Source: Archangiaceae bacterium (GTDB taxonomy: Bacteria > Myxococcota > Myxococcia > Myxococcales > Myxococcaceae). Taken from it: a stretch of DNA of 44,769 bases. This document shows positions 10,408 through 19,242 of the stretch, piece after piece; position 1 is the stretch's first letter, and each line of letters begins with the position of its first letter. A program made the translations under genes and the position numbers. The stretch spans positions 1 through 44,769 of the forward strand of contig JAHFDQ010000001.1 in assembly GCA_023248915.1 (NCBI GenBank), written 5' to 3'. Below the pieces are notes generated by a model. That model ran no database searches and was not told the DNA's origin. It saw nothing but the letters and a program-made list of their open reading frames with translations.

Positions 10408-12594
10408 TTGAGCGGGCAGCCGGCGGTCCTCCAGGTCGTCATCTTGCGCGACGGGTTGCTCGTGGGCACCGAGGTGTTCGTGCCCGGCTCGTACACCCTC
10501 GGTTCGGGGGGCGAGGCCGACGTCCGCTTGGACGACGGCAGCGTCGACGGCCTGCACGCGGTGCTCTACTTCCAGAACGGCCGCGCGGCCATCCAGGACT
10601 CGGGCAGCACCACCGGCGTCTTCGTCAACGGCCACAAGATTACCGCCTGCGAAGTCCGCTCGGCCGACGAGCTCGCCATCGGCCCGTTCAGCCTGAAGTG
10701 CCGGGTGCTCGCCCAGAAGCCGGCCTCGAAGGCCGCCCCTCCGGCCGACGTCGCGGCGCTGTTGCGGGGCGGTCCGGCGCAGGCGGGCGGCGCTCCGCCC
10801 GGCGCCCCCACCAACCAGATGCGCAGGCCCCACGCTCAGCCCGCCCCTCCGAAGCAGGCCGCGCCCCCTCCGCCGACGCCGCCGCCCAGCCAACCGGGAG
10901 GGACGATGCTGTCCGCCCGCCGCCTGGCGGCGTCCTCGCCTTCGCCATCGAGTGCCAAGGGCGGTGGCCCGCACCTTCGGGCGGTGTCGGCGGCGCCGCA
11001 GTTCGAAGACGACATCGCCTCGACCGACCACCAGACCGTCGAGGCCGACCTGATGGCGGCCACCGTTCCCACCGCCAACCGCGTGGGTCGCCCGCAGGCG
11101 GCGCGCAAGGTGGAACCCGAAGGGCCGGCGACCGAGATGGTGCCGGCGGCCCAGGCACCCGAGTCGCCCAAGAAGGTGCGCGCTCGCGGCGGCCGCAAGC
11201 TGCCTGAAATCTCGGCCTCCAAGTCGAACCCGCGACTGGCCAAGGCCGACACGGCACGGGGCCTGCCCCGCCTGTTCTTCGAGCTCTACTGGGGCGAGGT
11301 GCGGCACGGGGCGCACGGCTTCGGGCCCATTCTGCCGAAGAAGCCGGTGATGGCGGCCCACCGCGGCGACGCCAACCTGCCGCTGTGGGGCTTCTCGCTG
11401 CCCACCGAGCCGATGCTGATGGCCGAGCAAGCCGGCAGCTCGTACCGCGTCTTCGTGCCGCCAGGCGCCGCCATCGAGAAGCGGCAGACCGACGACAACT
11501 TCTACCCGGTGGCCCCCGAGCAGCTCGAGTCGCGCGGCGGCCGGCGCTGCCTGACGCTGTCGAACGGCATGGCGGCGCGCTTCTCCGAGGGCGAGATGCT
11601 GCTGGTCGTCTACGTCCAGCCGGCGCTCCAGCAGCCGCGCATCAGCCCGTTGCACGGCCTGCCCTGGCTGATGCTCACGCTGCTCACGCTGTTCATGGGC
11701 GGCTTCTTCTGGTTCCTTTTGTTCGGCCCGAAGCCCGGCGAGACCGCCGACTTCATGCAAAAGGACTTGCCGCCGGTGGCGGTGCGGCTGATAGCCCCCG
11801 AACCCAAGAAAAAGGAAGAGGCGCAGAAGAAACTCGAGGCCATCAAGGAGAAGGCCGAGAAAGCCAAGAAGAAGGTCGAGACCCCGGTCGCGAAAGAGGC
11901 GCCGAAGCCCAAGAAGAAGGAACGCGAAGAACCCCCGCCGCCCACCGCCGCGCCTCCCCCCGAGACGCGCGCCCTGAAGGCGCTGGCCAAGCTGACCGCG
12001 GCCGGGCCCGCCTCGGGCGACATCTTGGCGGCGGTGGACAAGCTGGGGAACGGGCCCGGGTCGAAGAACAGCAATTTCAAGCTCTCGGGGCTCATCGGCA
12101 AAGCCCCCATCGCCAACGCCGGGCTGGGCACCTTCGGCCTGGGCGGGGGCGGCGGCGGCGGCTTCGGCACTCGCGGGGCAGAGATTTTGCGCGGCCGCGG
12201 CGGCGGCGGCATCGGCGCCCTGGGGGCGGGCAGCGTCGGCCGGGGCTCGGTCGGCGGCACGGTCACCCGGGCCTCGGCGCGAAGCCTGGGCGTGCAAGGG
12301 AGCATCGACCGCGAGGCGGTCGCCAAGTGCGTGAACTCGCACCTGCAAGAGGTGCGCGCCTGCTACGAGCGGGCCCTGTTGAGGGAACCTGGGCTGGCAG
12401 GCAAGGTGGTGCTCGAGTGGAACATCTCGACGGCCGGCAAGGTGGTATCCGCGAAGACCAAAACTTCGACCTTGCGAAACTCGGCGGTCGAGGCTTGCAT
12501 CCTCCAAAATCTGAAGGGGTGGATTTTCCCTCCCGCCAGGGGCGGGATAGTCATCGTCAGCTACCCCTTCCTCTTCAACTCGGTGGGTTACTGA
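10408..12594 (+). CDS. FHA-domain, single-pass membrane, TonB/TolA-like transducer with an AgmX/PglI-type C-terminal domain (GltG/PglI/NfsG-like)
   Basis: 728 aa. An AAGGAG RBS (10396-10401) lies 6 nt before the TTG start. The N-terminal FHA domain reads YTLGSGGEADVRLDDGSVDGLHAVLYFQNGRAAIQDSGSTTGVFVNG. The TM helix is LPWLMLTLLTLFMGGFFWFLLFG. K/E-rich, Pro-rich and Gly-rich linkers follow. The C-terminus GSIDREAVAKCVNSHLQEVRACYERAL...GKVVLEWNISTAGKV...ACILQNLKGWIFPP is typical of the myxobacterial AgmX/PglI C-terminal family. Confidence 0.85.
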   Translation: MSGQPAVLQVVILRDGLLVGTEVFVPGSYTLGSGGEADVRLDDGSVDGLHAVLYFQNGRAAIQDSGSTTGVFVNGHKITACEVRSADELAIGPFSLKCRVLAQKPASKAAPPADVAALLRGGPAQAGGAPPGAPTNQMRRPHAQPAPPKQAAPPPPTPPPSQPGGTMLSARRLAASSPSPSSAKGGGPHLRAVSAAPQFEDDIASTDHQTVEADLMAATVPTANRVGRPQAARKVEPEGPATEMVPAAQAPESPKKVRARGGRKLPEISASKSNPRLAKADTARGLPRLFFELYWGEVRHGAHGFGPILPKKPVMAAHRGDANLPLWGFSLPTEPMLMAEQAGSSYRVFVPPGAAIEKRQTDDNFYPVAPEQLESRGGRRCLTLSNGMAARFSEGEMLLVVYVQPALQQPRISPLHGLPWLMLTLLTLFMGGFFWFLLFGPKPGETADFMQKDLPPVAVRLIAPEPKKKEEAQKKLEAIKEKAEKAKKKVETPVAKEAPKPKKKEREEPPPPTAAPPPETRALKALAKLTAAGPASGDILAAVDKLGNGPGSKNSNFKLSGLIGKAPIANAGLGTFGLGGGGGGGFGTRGAEILRGRGGGGIGALGAGSVGRGSVGGTVTRASARSLGVQGSIDREAVAKCVNSHLQEVRACYERALLREPGLAGKVVLEWNISTAGKVVSAKTKTSTLRNSAVEACILQNLKGWIFPPARGGIVIVSYPFLFNSVGY

Positions 12595-12625
12595 CGTAGC
12601 CCTTCGCGGGGACGGACGGGAAAAA

Positions 12626-13240
12626 GTGCGAAAAGCCTTGCTTGGCCTGATGTTGGTCGTTCCGACCCTGGCGGTCGCCCAGTCGGAAGAGCTCGAGAAT
12701 CCGGGGACTGTGGCCGCGGTGCAGGAACGGGCCTTCCGGATGAACCACGAGCTGGTGCTGGGCCTGGGCGCCTTGCCGCTCGACGCGTTCTACAAGGGCT
12801 ACTACGGCCACCTGGCCTACGCGTTTCACTTCAGCGACAGCTTCGCCTGGCAGGTGATTCGCGGCGCCTACACCTACAACGTCAACACCGGGCTACGCGA
12901 CCAGCTCGAGCGCGACTTCGGGGTGGTGCCCACCGCGTTCGAAGAGGTGCAGTACTTCGTGGGCACGGACATCATGTGGTCGCCGCTGTACGGCAAGTCG
13001 GCGGTGCTGAACTCGTCGGTCCTTTTCTCAGAGACCTACCTCTTGCTCGGCGGGTCGGTCTTCAAGCTCACGAATCACTTCCGGCCGGCCGTCAACCTGG
13101 GGCTCGGGGTGCGGCTGTTCCAGAGCAAGTACCTCTCGTTCCGGCTCGAAGGCACCAACGACTTCGTCATCTCGGACAAACCGTTCAACATCATCACGCT
13201 CCAGCTCGAAGCGGCGGTCAACTTCGGCGCGACCGAGTGA
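12626..13240 (+). CDS. Small outer-membrane beta-barrel protein (GltH/NfsH/GltA-B family-like)
   Basis: 204 aa with a GTG start after GGACGGGA. The signal peptide is LLGLMLVVPTLAVAQ. Alternating amphipathic strands appear, and segments such as AVQERAFRMNHELVLGLGALPLDAFYKG...WSPLYGKSAVLNS recall the myxobacterial OM beta-barrel domain family. Confidence 0.7.
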   Translation: MRKALLGLMLVVPTLAVAQSEELENPGTVAAVQERAFRMNHELVLGLGALPLDAFYKGYYGHLAYAFHFSDSFAWQVIRGAYTYNVNTGLRDQLERDFGVVPTAFEEVQYFVGTDIMWSPLYGKSAVLNSSVLFSETYLLLGGSVFKLTNHFRPAVNLGLGVRLFQSKYLSFRLEGTNDFVISDKPFNIITLQLEAAVNFGATE

Positions 13241-14859
13241 GCTCGAAGGCCTTCGTGAGAAACTCCCTCGTCTTGCTCTCCTGCGTGCTCGCCGCCGGCA
13301 CCGCTCGGGCCGGCAAGGGCACCGACCCGGTCACGGGAGAGGCACCTCCGGACGACCCGGTCGCCGATGAGGCGCCCGCTCCGCTGCCGCCCGCCAAGCC
13401 CGGGGCAGGCGCCGCTCCGCCTGCCGCCGCCACGAAGTCCGAGCCCGAGGCCGAGCCCGAAGGGGCCGCCGCCCCGCAGCAGCACCAGGTGGGGCCGAAG
13501 CTCTTCGACGAGGCGCTGCAGGACTACTTCCAGGGCCGCCCCAAGGAAGCCGCGCCCAAGCTGTTCGCCTTCACCGAGAGCGTCTCGCCCACCGACGAGA
13601 ACTACGCCTGGGCGCAGTTCTTCCTCGCGCGGTCGCTGGTCGACCTGGGGTTGCGCCACGCCGGAGCCGTCTACCTGGCCCGCATCGCGCGCGAACGGTC
13701 GAACCCCGCGGTGCTGCCGAAGGCGCTGGACGAATTGCGCGGACTGGCCGACCTGCCCCACGACGAAGAGATGATCGACAACCAGGTCTTCGGGTCGCTC
13801 GACCTGGGCTTCTTGCCCGAAGAGACCGCCGGCTTCGCCCACTACCAGCAGGGACTGGTCGACCTGAAGGTCGGCAACGAGCGCTGGGCCAACACCCACT
13901 TCGCCAAGCTTACGGAAGGGTCGGCCGAGGCGTCGCGGGCGCGCTTCGCCCTCTTGGTGACGCGCCTGAAGACGACCAAGCGCGACCTGCCGAAAGAGAT
14001 GATCGACGAGTTCCTCGAGCTGTCGAAGGACCCCAAGCTGACCCAGGACTCGCGCAACGAGTCGATGCTGGCGGTGGCCCGCCTGCGCTACGAGCAGAAG
14101 GACTTCAACGGCGCGCTCGAAGCCTACGCCTCGGTGAAGCTGCCGATGCTCGACCCCGGGCGGGCGGCGCTCTACCTCGAAGAGGCGTGGACGAGGTACC
14201 AGCTCGGCCAGATTCACGCGGCGATGGGCATTCTCACCACGCTCGACGCGCCGTCGTTCCGCGACGAGTTCCTCCCGGACAAGTACATCTTGCGCTCGTT
14301 CATCTACCGCGACCTGTGCCACTACCTGCCTGCGAAGCGGGCGGCGAAGGAATTGACCCGGCGCTTCGCCGAGTCGCTCGAGGCGATTCACGAGCGCGAA
14401 GACCTGGCCCAGGACGTGCGGCTGCGCCGCGCCGCCATCTCGCACGGGGCCACCAAGCGGGCCGAGAAGTTCCTCGAGTCGCTGGACCTGGAAGGCGAGC
14501 GGCTGGGGCGCTACGCCGGCAGCTTCGGCGACCGGCTGTTCGCCTACCTCACCAAGCTGTACGACCTGGCCCACGCCGAGTCGGCGCGCATCTTCCAGGT
14601 CCGGCTCCGCGAGTCGGTGCGGGTCGAAGCCGACAAGCTCTTGCGCGCCGCCGAGCAGGTGCGGCTGATGGAATACGAGGTCGGCCTGAAGCTGTACGAG
14701 CGGGTGAAGAAGGGCGCGAAGCTGGTCAGCGAGATCAAGGAAGACCAGCTCACGCCCACCCAGGTCCGGTACCACTTCGTGAACGAGTACTGGAACGACG
14801 AGCTGCGCAACTATCGCTTCTCGTTGAAGTCGCGCTGCATCGAGGAGACCGGCCGATGA
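13237..14859 (+). CDS. TPR-like helical-repeat lipoprotein (GltE/AglT/NfsE-like)
   Basis: 540 aa. The GTG start overlaps the upstream stop (GTGA). A signal peptide with a possible lipobox (LVLLSC) is followed by a Pro/Ala-rich linker and then an all-helical repeat body. The assignment rests on size, position next to the large TPR gene and helical architecture. The exact start is uncertain; an alternative GTG lies at 13255. Confidence 0.65.
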   Translation: MSSKAFVRNSLVLLSCVLAAGTARAGKGTDPVTGEAPPDDPVADEAPAPLPPAKPGAGAAPPAAATKSEPEAEPEGAAAPQQHQVGPKLFDEALQDYFQGRPKEAAPKLFAFTESVSPTDENYAWAQFFLARSLVDLGLRHAGAVYLARIARERSNPAVLPKALDELRGLADLPHDEEMIDNQVFGSLDLGFLPEETAGFAHYQQGLVDLKVGNERWANTHFAKLTEGSAEASRARFALLVTRLKTTKRDLPKEMIDEFLELSKDPKLTQDSRNESMLAVARLRYEQKDFNGALEAYASVKLPMLDPGRAALYLEEAWTRYQLGQIHAAMGILTTLDAPSFRDEFLPDKYILRSFIYRDLCHYLPAKRAAKELTRRFAESLEAIHEREDLAQDVRLRRAAISHGATKRAEKFLESLDLEGERLGRYAGSFGDRLFAYLTKLYDLAHAESARIFQVRLRESVRVEADKLLRAAEQVRLMEYEVGLKLYERVKKGAKLVSEIKEDQLTPTQVRYHFVNEYWNDELRNYRFSLKSRCIEETGR

Positions 14860-17800
14860 GCGCGGTCGTCCCGGTGGTGGCCGCGCTCTGGGTGCTGGCA
14901 CAGACTCCGTCGCAGGTCTTCTTGCAGAACAAGTACGAGAACCCCATCGTCTCGAAGCAGAAGGAAAAAGAAGAGCTCATCACCAAGCTGAAGCGCGACA
15001 TCTACAAGGTCGATCGGTCGATCGGCGAGACCGAGAAGCTGATTACGAAGAGCCGCAACGCCCCGTACCTGCCCGACCTGCAGTTCCGCCTGGCCGAGCT
15101 GTACGTCGAGAAGAGCCGCTACGTCTATTACCTGCAGGCCGAGACCCGGCCCGATGGCACCAAGGGCGCGGTGGTCTCGCCCGAGACCAAGCTGTTGAAG
15201 CAGAAGGCGGTGCAGATCTACTACCGCGTGCTGCACGAGTACCCCGAGTTTCACGACGGCGACAAGGTCACCTTCTACCTGGCGCACGAGCAGCGCGAGC
15301 TCGGTCAGTTCGACGACATGATGAAGACGTTGGGCGAGCTCATCAAGAAGTACCCCAACAGCCCGCTGCGCCTCGATTCCGAGCAGATTCTGGGCGACTA
15401 CTACTTCGACAAGACCGACCTGACCGAGGCCGAGAAGCACTTCAAGGCCATTCTCGACGCGCCCGCCTCGCCGGTGCACGACCTCGCCCGCTACAAGATG
15501 GGGTGGATTCGCATCAACCAGGCCAACCACGCCGAGGCGGTCACCTTCTTCGAGGCCGCGGCCGCCAGCGCTCCCATTCCCGGGGTCGACCAGGCCAAGG
15601 CGCTGAACGTCAAGCGCGAGGCGCTGCTCGACCTGGTCTACAGCTACACCGAGGCGCGCCCGGCCAAGGGGGCGCTCAACTACTTCGAGAAGCTGTCCGA
15701 GTCGCGCGCCACCTACGCGCTGGCGCTCGACAAGCTGGGCAACCGGTACTTCATCAAGCAGCAGTACGAGTTCGCCATTCCCGCGCTGCGGCGCCTGCTC
15801 GAAATCCAGCCCGACCCCGAGCTCGACCTGGAACGGGCCGAGAAGATCTACGACTCGATCAAGGCCTCGAAGGGCAAGGTGGTCGCGCGGCCAGCCGACA
15901 TCCGCTTCCTGGTGCGGGCCGCGGTGCAGACCAAGGTCGACCCGGCGAAGGACGAACCGACGCGGAAGAAGCAGTTGGCCGAGCTCGAAGAGATGGGGCG
16001 CGACCTGGCCACCCAGCTTCACGTCGCGGCGCAAAAGAAGGAAGACCACCCCCACTACATGGAAGCGGCCGCGGCCTACGAGGAATACCTGGCCCTGTTC
16101 CGCCCGCGGCAGCACGTCACCACCATCATGTCGAACCGCGCCGACGCGCTGTTCGCCGCCAAGGAATTCCCGTCGGCGGCGCGCCAGTTCGAAGAGCTGG
16201 CCACCTACCTGGAAGCCAAGGACGCCAAGGCGCACGAGGCTTCGCTCTACGGGGCGCTGTTGTCGCACTACTCGTCGCTGAAGCAGGGCGAGGTCGAACG
16301 GCTGAACGCCTTCGAGGTGGCCGACGCGCGGCAGGCGCTGAAGCTGTTGGGCGCCAACTTCGTGTCGCGCTACGCCCAGAGCGAGCACGTGCTCGAGGTG
16401 AAGTTCAACATCGCCCGCGCCTACTACGAAGACGGCGAGTTCCCGAAGGCGGCCGAGCTGTTCAAGGACTTCGCCCTGAAGCACTCCGAGCACAAAGACG
16501 CCGCCGCCGCCGGCAACCTGGCCCTCGACTCGCTGCGCCAGGTGAACGACTTCAAGGGGCTGGAAACGACCGGCAAGGCCTTCCTGGCCTCGAGGCTGCC
16601 GGCGGCCTTCCTTTCCGACGTGCAGAAGATTCTCACCGAGAGCAAGGGGGAAGAGCTGGGCGAGCTGGTGCTGAAGAGCTCGGAAGAGTCGGGCGACGTC
16701 GTCGAGGGGCTGCTCAAGGTCGCCGAAGAGAACAAGGGCAAGGACATCGGCGAGAAGGCGATGCACGGGGCCTTCCAGGCGGCGCGCGACAAGCGCGACC
16801 TGCGAAAGGAACGCGAGATTGGCGCCCGCTTCATCAACGAATACCCGAAGTCCGGCTTCCTCGCCGACGTGCTGTTGACCCTGGGCAGGGCCGCGGCCGA
16901 AGGGGCGCGCTTCACCGAGGCCGCTGCCTGGTACGACCAGGTGGGGCAACGCATGGGCGCCGACTCGACTGGGCTGGACGGCTTCCTCACCAGCGGCAAG
17001 CTGAAGCTGGCGATGGGCGACTACCCCGGCGCGGCCAAGGCCTTCGGCGCCGGGGCTGACATCGCCGGGCCGCGCAAGTCCGAGGTGCTGGCCCTGATGG
17101 CCGACGCCGAGCTGAAGCAGAAGGACCCGGCCCGGGCGCGCGCGTTGGCCGAGCAGGCCCTGAAGCTCGACAGACAGAACTCCGCCGCCGCCGCCGTCGT
17201 GGCCGAGGTGCAGGCCACCACCGCGCCGCACGAGAAGCCCGACGCGCTGGTGGCGATGCTGACCGCCATCTCGAACGGCCCCAACGGGCAGAGCGAAGAC
17301 ACGGCGAAGGGGCTCTGGTTTCTGGGCGACATCCTCTACCGGAACTACAAGGCGCTGCCGGCCGACAAGGTCGAAGAGAAGGTGGCGGCGCTGCAACAGC
17401 TCGAGGGCATCTTCGGCCAGGCGGCGCAGATGGGTTCGCCCGAGTGGGCGGTCGCGGCCCTGTGGAAGATTGGCCTGTCCTACGCCCACCTGGCCGACGT
17501 CGTCGAGGGCACGCCGATGCCCGCGGGGCTGAAGCCGGCCGAGGTCGAGCAGTTTCGCAACGCGGTGAAGGAACAGGTGAACCCGTTGCGCGAAAGGTCC
17601 GACGGCGCCTTCAAGGCCTGCCTGTCTCGCGCCGAACAGCTCGAGGTCTTCAGCGCGGCGCTGGTCGGCTGCCGCACCAAGAGCGAGACCGCCAAGTCGC
17701 CCATTCCGCTTCCGTCCGAAGGACGGCCGGTCAACGTCGACGAGCTGCAGCAGAAGGCCGAAACCACCATGAACCCGTCGGCCATCGAGGCCCTGGGCAT

Positions 17801-18119
17801 GGCCTACCTGGGGGCCGGGCAGTTGGCGCTGGCGCAGCTCACCTTCGCGCGGGCGCTCGAATTGGAAGACTCGCGGGCCTCGTCCCACTCGGCGATGGGC
17901 TACGCCATGCTGTTGCAGGGCGACTCGATGGGGGCCCGGGCCGAGTACGGCAAGGCGCTGGACGCCGACCCCACCTTCGAGAAGGCCCGGGCCAACCTGG
18001 CCGCGCTGCGCTGCCGGTTCCGCGACGCCGCGGGGGCCAAGCACGAGGTGGCGGTCATCAAGGACGCGGGGGCGCTGACCGGGCCCGACGTCGACCCCGA
18101 GTGGAAGGCGTGCCGATGA
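14856..18119 (+). CDS. Large periplasmic TPR protein (GltD/AgmU/NfsD-like)
   Basis: 1087 aa. The ATG overlaps the upstream stop (ATGA). The signal peptide is MSAVVPVVAALWVLAQT. Many TPR-like units are present (YLPDLQFRLAELYVEKSRY, GDYYFDKTDLTEAEKHFKAIL, LGMAYLGAGQLALAQLTFARALELE and others). Amino-acid composition is normal, unlike the Arg/Gly-rich antisense ORF. Confidence 0.75.
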   Translation: MSAVVPVVAALWVLAQTPSQVFLQNKYENPIVSKQKEKEELITKLKRDIYKVDRSIGETEKLITKSRNAPYLPDLQFRLAELYVEKSRYVYYLQAETRPDGTKGAVVSPETKLLKQKAVQIYYRVLHEYPEFHDGDKVTFYLAHEQRELGQFDDMMKTLGELIKKYPNSPLRLDSEQILGDYYFDKTDLTEAEKHFKAILDAPASPVHDLARYKMGWIRINQANHAEAVTFFEAAAASAPIPGVDQAKALNVKREALLDLVYSYTEARPAKGALNYFEKLSESRATYALALDKLGNRYFIKQQYEFAIPALRRLLEIQPDPELDLERAEKIYDSIKASKGKVVARPADIRFLVRAAVQTKVDPAKDEPTRKKQLAELEEMGRDLATQLHVAAQKKEDHPHYMEAAAAYEEYLALFRPRQHVTTIMSNRADALFAAKEFPSAARQFEELATYLEAKDAKAHEASLYGALLSHYSSLKQGEVERLNAFEVADARQALKLLGANFVSRYAQSEHVLEVKFNIARAYYEDGEFPKAAELFKDFALKHSEHKDAAAAGNLALDSLRQVNDFKGLETTGKAFLASRLPAAFLSDVQKILTESKGEELGELVLKSSEESGDVVEGLLKVAEENKGKDIGEKAMHGAFQAARDKRDLRKEREIGARFINEYPKSGFLADVLLTLGRAAAEGARFTEAAAWYDQVGQRMGADSTGLDGFLTSGKLKLAMGDYPGAAKAFGAGADIAGPRKSEVLALMADAELKQKDPARARALAEQALKLDRQNSAAAAVVAEVQATTAPHEKPDALVAMLTAISNGPNGQSEDTAKGLWFLGDILYRNYKALPADKVEEKVAALQQLEGIFGQAAQMGSPEWAVAALWKIGLSYAHLADVVEGTPMPAGLKPAEVEQFRNAVKEQVNPLRERSDGAFKACLSRAEQLEVFSAALVGCRTKSETAKSPIPLPSEGRPVNVDELQQKAETTMNPSAIEALGMAYLGAGQLALAQLTFARALELEDSRASSHSAMGYAMLLQGDSMGARAEYGKALDADPTFEKARANLAALRCRFRDAAGAKHEVAVIKDAGALTGPDVDPEWKACR

Positions 18120-18616
18120 GCCCTTCGGCGCTCGCCTGGCTCGCCACCGTTCCGCTGGCCGCGGCCGCCTGCGGCCCGGTGCAGCCGGGGCCGCCCAAGC
18201 CGGCCCACGCCCTCGAGGGCAGCCTGTCGGTGCTGGTGGACCTGGGCTTCGACGTCGCGCACGTGGACGTCAGCGACAACGACTTGGCGGTGCGCTACGG
18301 CCGGAAGCAGGGCGACGGCGAGGACACCGTCTTCAAGGCGACCGCCATCATCTCGGACCTGGTGCTGGTGCAAAACGGCAGCATCGACCTGGCCGAGGTT
18401 CTGCCGTCGGGCGTGCAGCGGGGCCTGATGTCGCGGGACGTGCTGAATGACCCACGGCGCGCGTTTCCAAAGCTGCAGCGGGGCCGCGTCATCCTCGACC
18501 GGGTGCCGGTGTCGGGCGAGAACGTCAACGTCGACCTGGCGGTCACCTTCGAGGCGGGCATCGACTTCGCTTCGGGGCGGACGGTGTTCGGAAAGTTCGA
18601 GGCGAACGTCCTATGA
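18116..18616 (+). CDS. Hypothetical lipoprotein, translationally coupled to the GltD-like gene
   Basis: 166 aa with an ATGA overlap. The lipobox is MSPSALAWLATVPLAAAAC-G. I recognise no family; any GltK/CglC-type relationship is only a guess. Confidence 0.65.
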   Translation: MSPSALAWLATVPLAAAACGPVQPGPPKPAHALEGSLSVLVDLGFDVAHVDVSDNDLAVRYGRKQGDGEDTVFKATAIISDLVLVQNGSIDLAEVLPSGVQRGLMSRDVLNDPRRAFPKLQRGRVILDRVPVSGENVNVDLAVTFEAGIDFASGRTVFGKFEANVL

Positions 18617-19242
18617 AGCGCGCGCGAATCGCGGCGGCGGCCGGCTTGCTCGTCCTCGCCGCGGGGTGCACCAAGCGGGTGCCCGCCGACCTCATCAACA
18701 AGCTGCCCTACGACTACCGCATCGAATTGCTCGAGGCCGAGAACGACTTCGCGCTGGCCATCGACCGGCTCGACGAGGCCCAGGCGGAAATCCTCCACAC
18801 CCGCGACACGCTGCGCAGGGCCAAGGAGAGGCTGTCGGCCGCCGAGAGCGAGACCGGCCGCGCCGAGACCAAGGCCTCGCAGGAAGTCGCCACCCTGGCG
18901 GTAGACGAAGCCGACGCCCGGGTGGCCTTCCTGAGGGCAAGGCAGGCGGTCAACGTCAAGACCGAGGGCGTGCAGAAGAAGAGCCTGCGCTGCGCCGAGG
19001 CCCGGTTCGAGCAGGCGCGGATGGTGGTGGCGCGCAAGGCCAAGGTCGAGGGTTCCGAGTCGCTGCGCCCCGAAGAGTTCGACGCGCAGGTGAAGGAGTG
19101 CGATGCCGACGTGGCCGAGCTGAAAGCGGAAATGAAGGAACAGAACGACGACGCCGCGGCCGCCAAGGACGCCTGGGAAAAGCACAAGACCGCCCTGGCC
19201 CGGAAGACTTTCGACGCGAGAGCGAGCCCGTATGTCGAGTAG
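18613..19242 (+). CDS. Hypothetical coiled-coil lipoprotein
   Basis: 209 aa with an ATGA overlap and lipobox LLVLAAGC-T. The remainder is strongly helical with a heptad-like pattern (LEAENDFALAIDRLDEAQAEILHTRDTLRRAKERLSAAESE...). Confidence 0.65.
   Translation: MKRARIAAAAGLLVLAAGCTKRVPADLINKLPYDYRIELLEAENDFALAIDRLDEAQAEILHTRDTLRRAKERLSAAESETGRAETKASQEVATLAVDEADARVAFLRARQAVNVKTEGVQKKSLRCAEARFEQARMVVARKAKVEGSESLRPEEFDAQVKECDADVAELKAEMKEQNDDAAAAKDAWEKHKTALARKTFDARASPYVE

Noticed and set aside
10381-12507. 708-aa minus-strand ORF opposite the FHA/TonB-C gene, plus several 138-404 aa ORFs in the same region
   Set aside because: The products are Arg/Gly/Ala-rich nonsense without domains. The plus-strand frame has an RBS, an FHA domain, a TM helix and a recognisable C-terminal domain.
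14811-18044. 1077-aa ORF on the minus strand opposite the GltD-like gene
   Set aside because: This is an antisense shadow ORF typical of high-GC DNA. The product is dominated by R/G/L/V/H/Q with no recognisable domain. The plus-strand frame encodes a well-composed TPR protein with a signal peptide and translational coupling to its neighbours.
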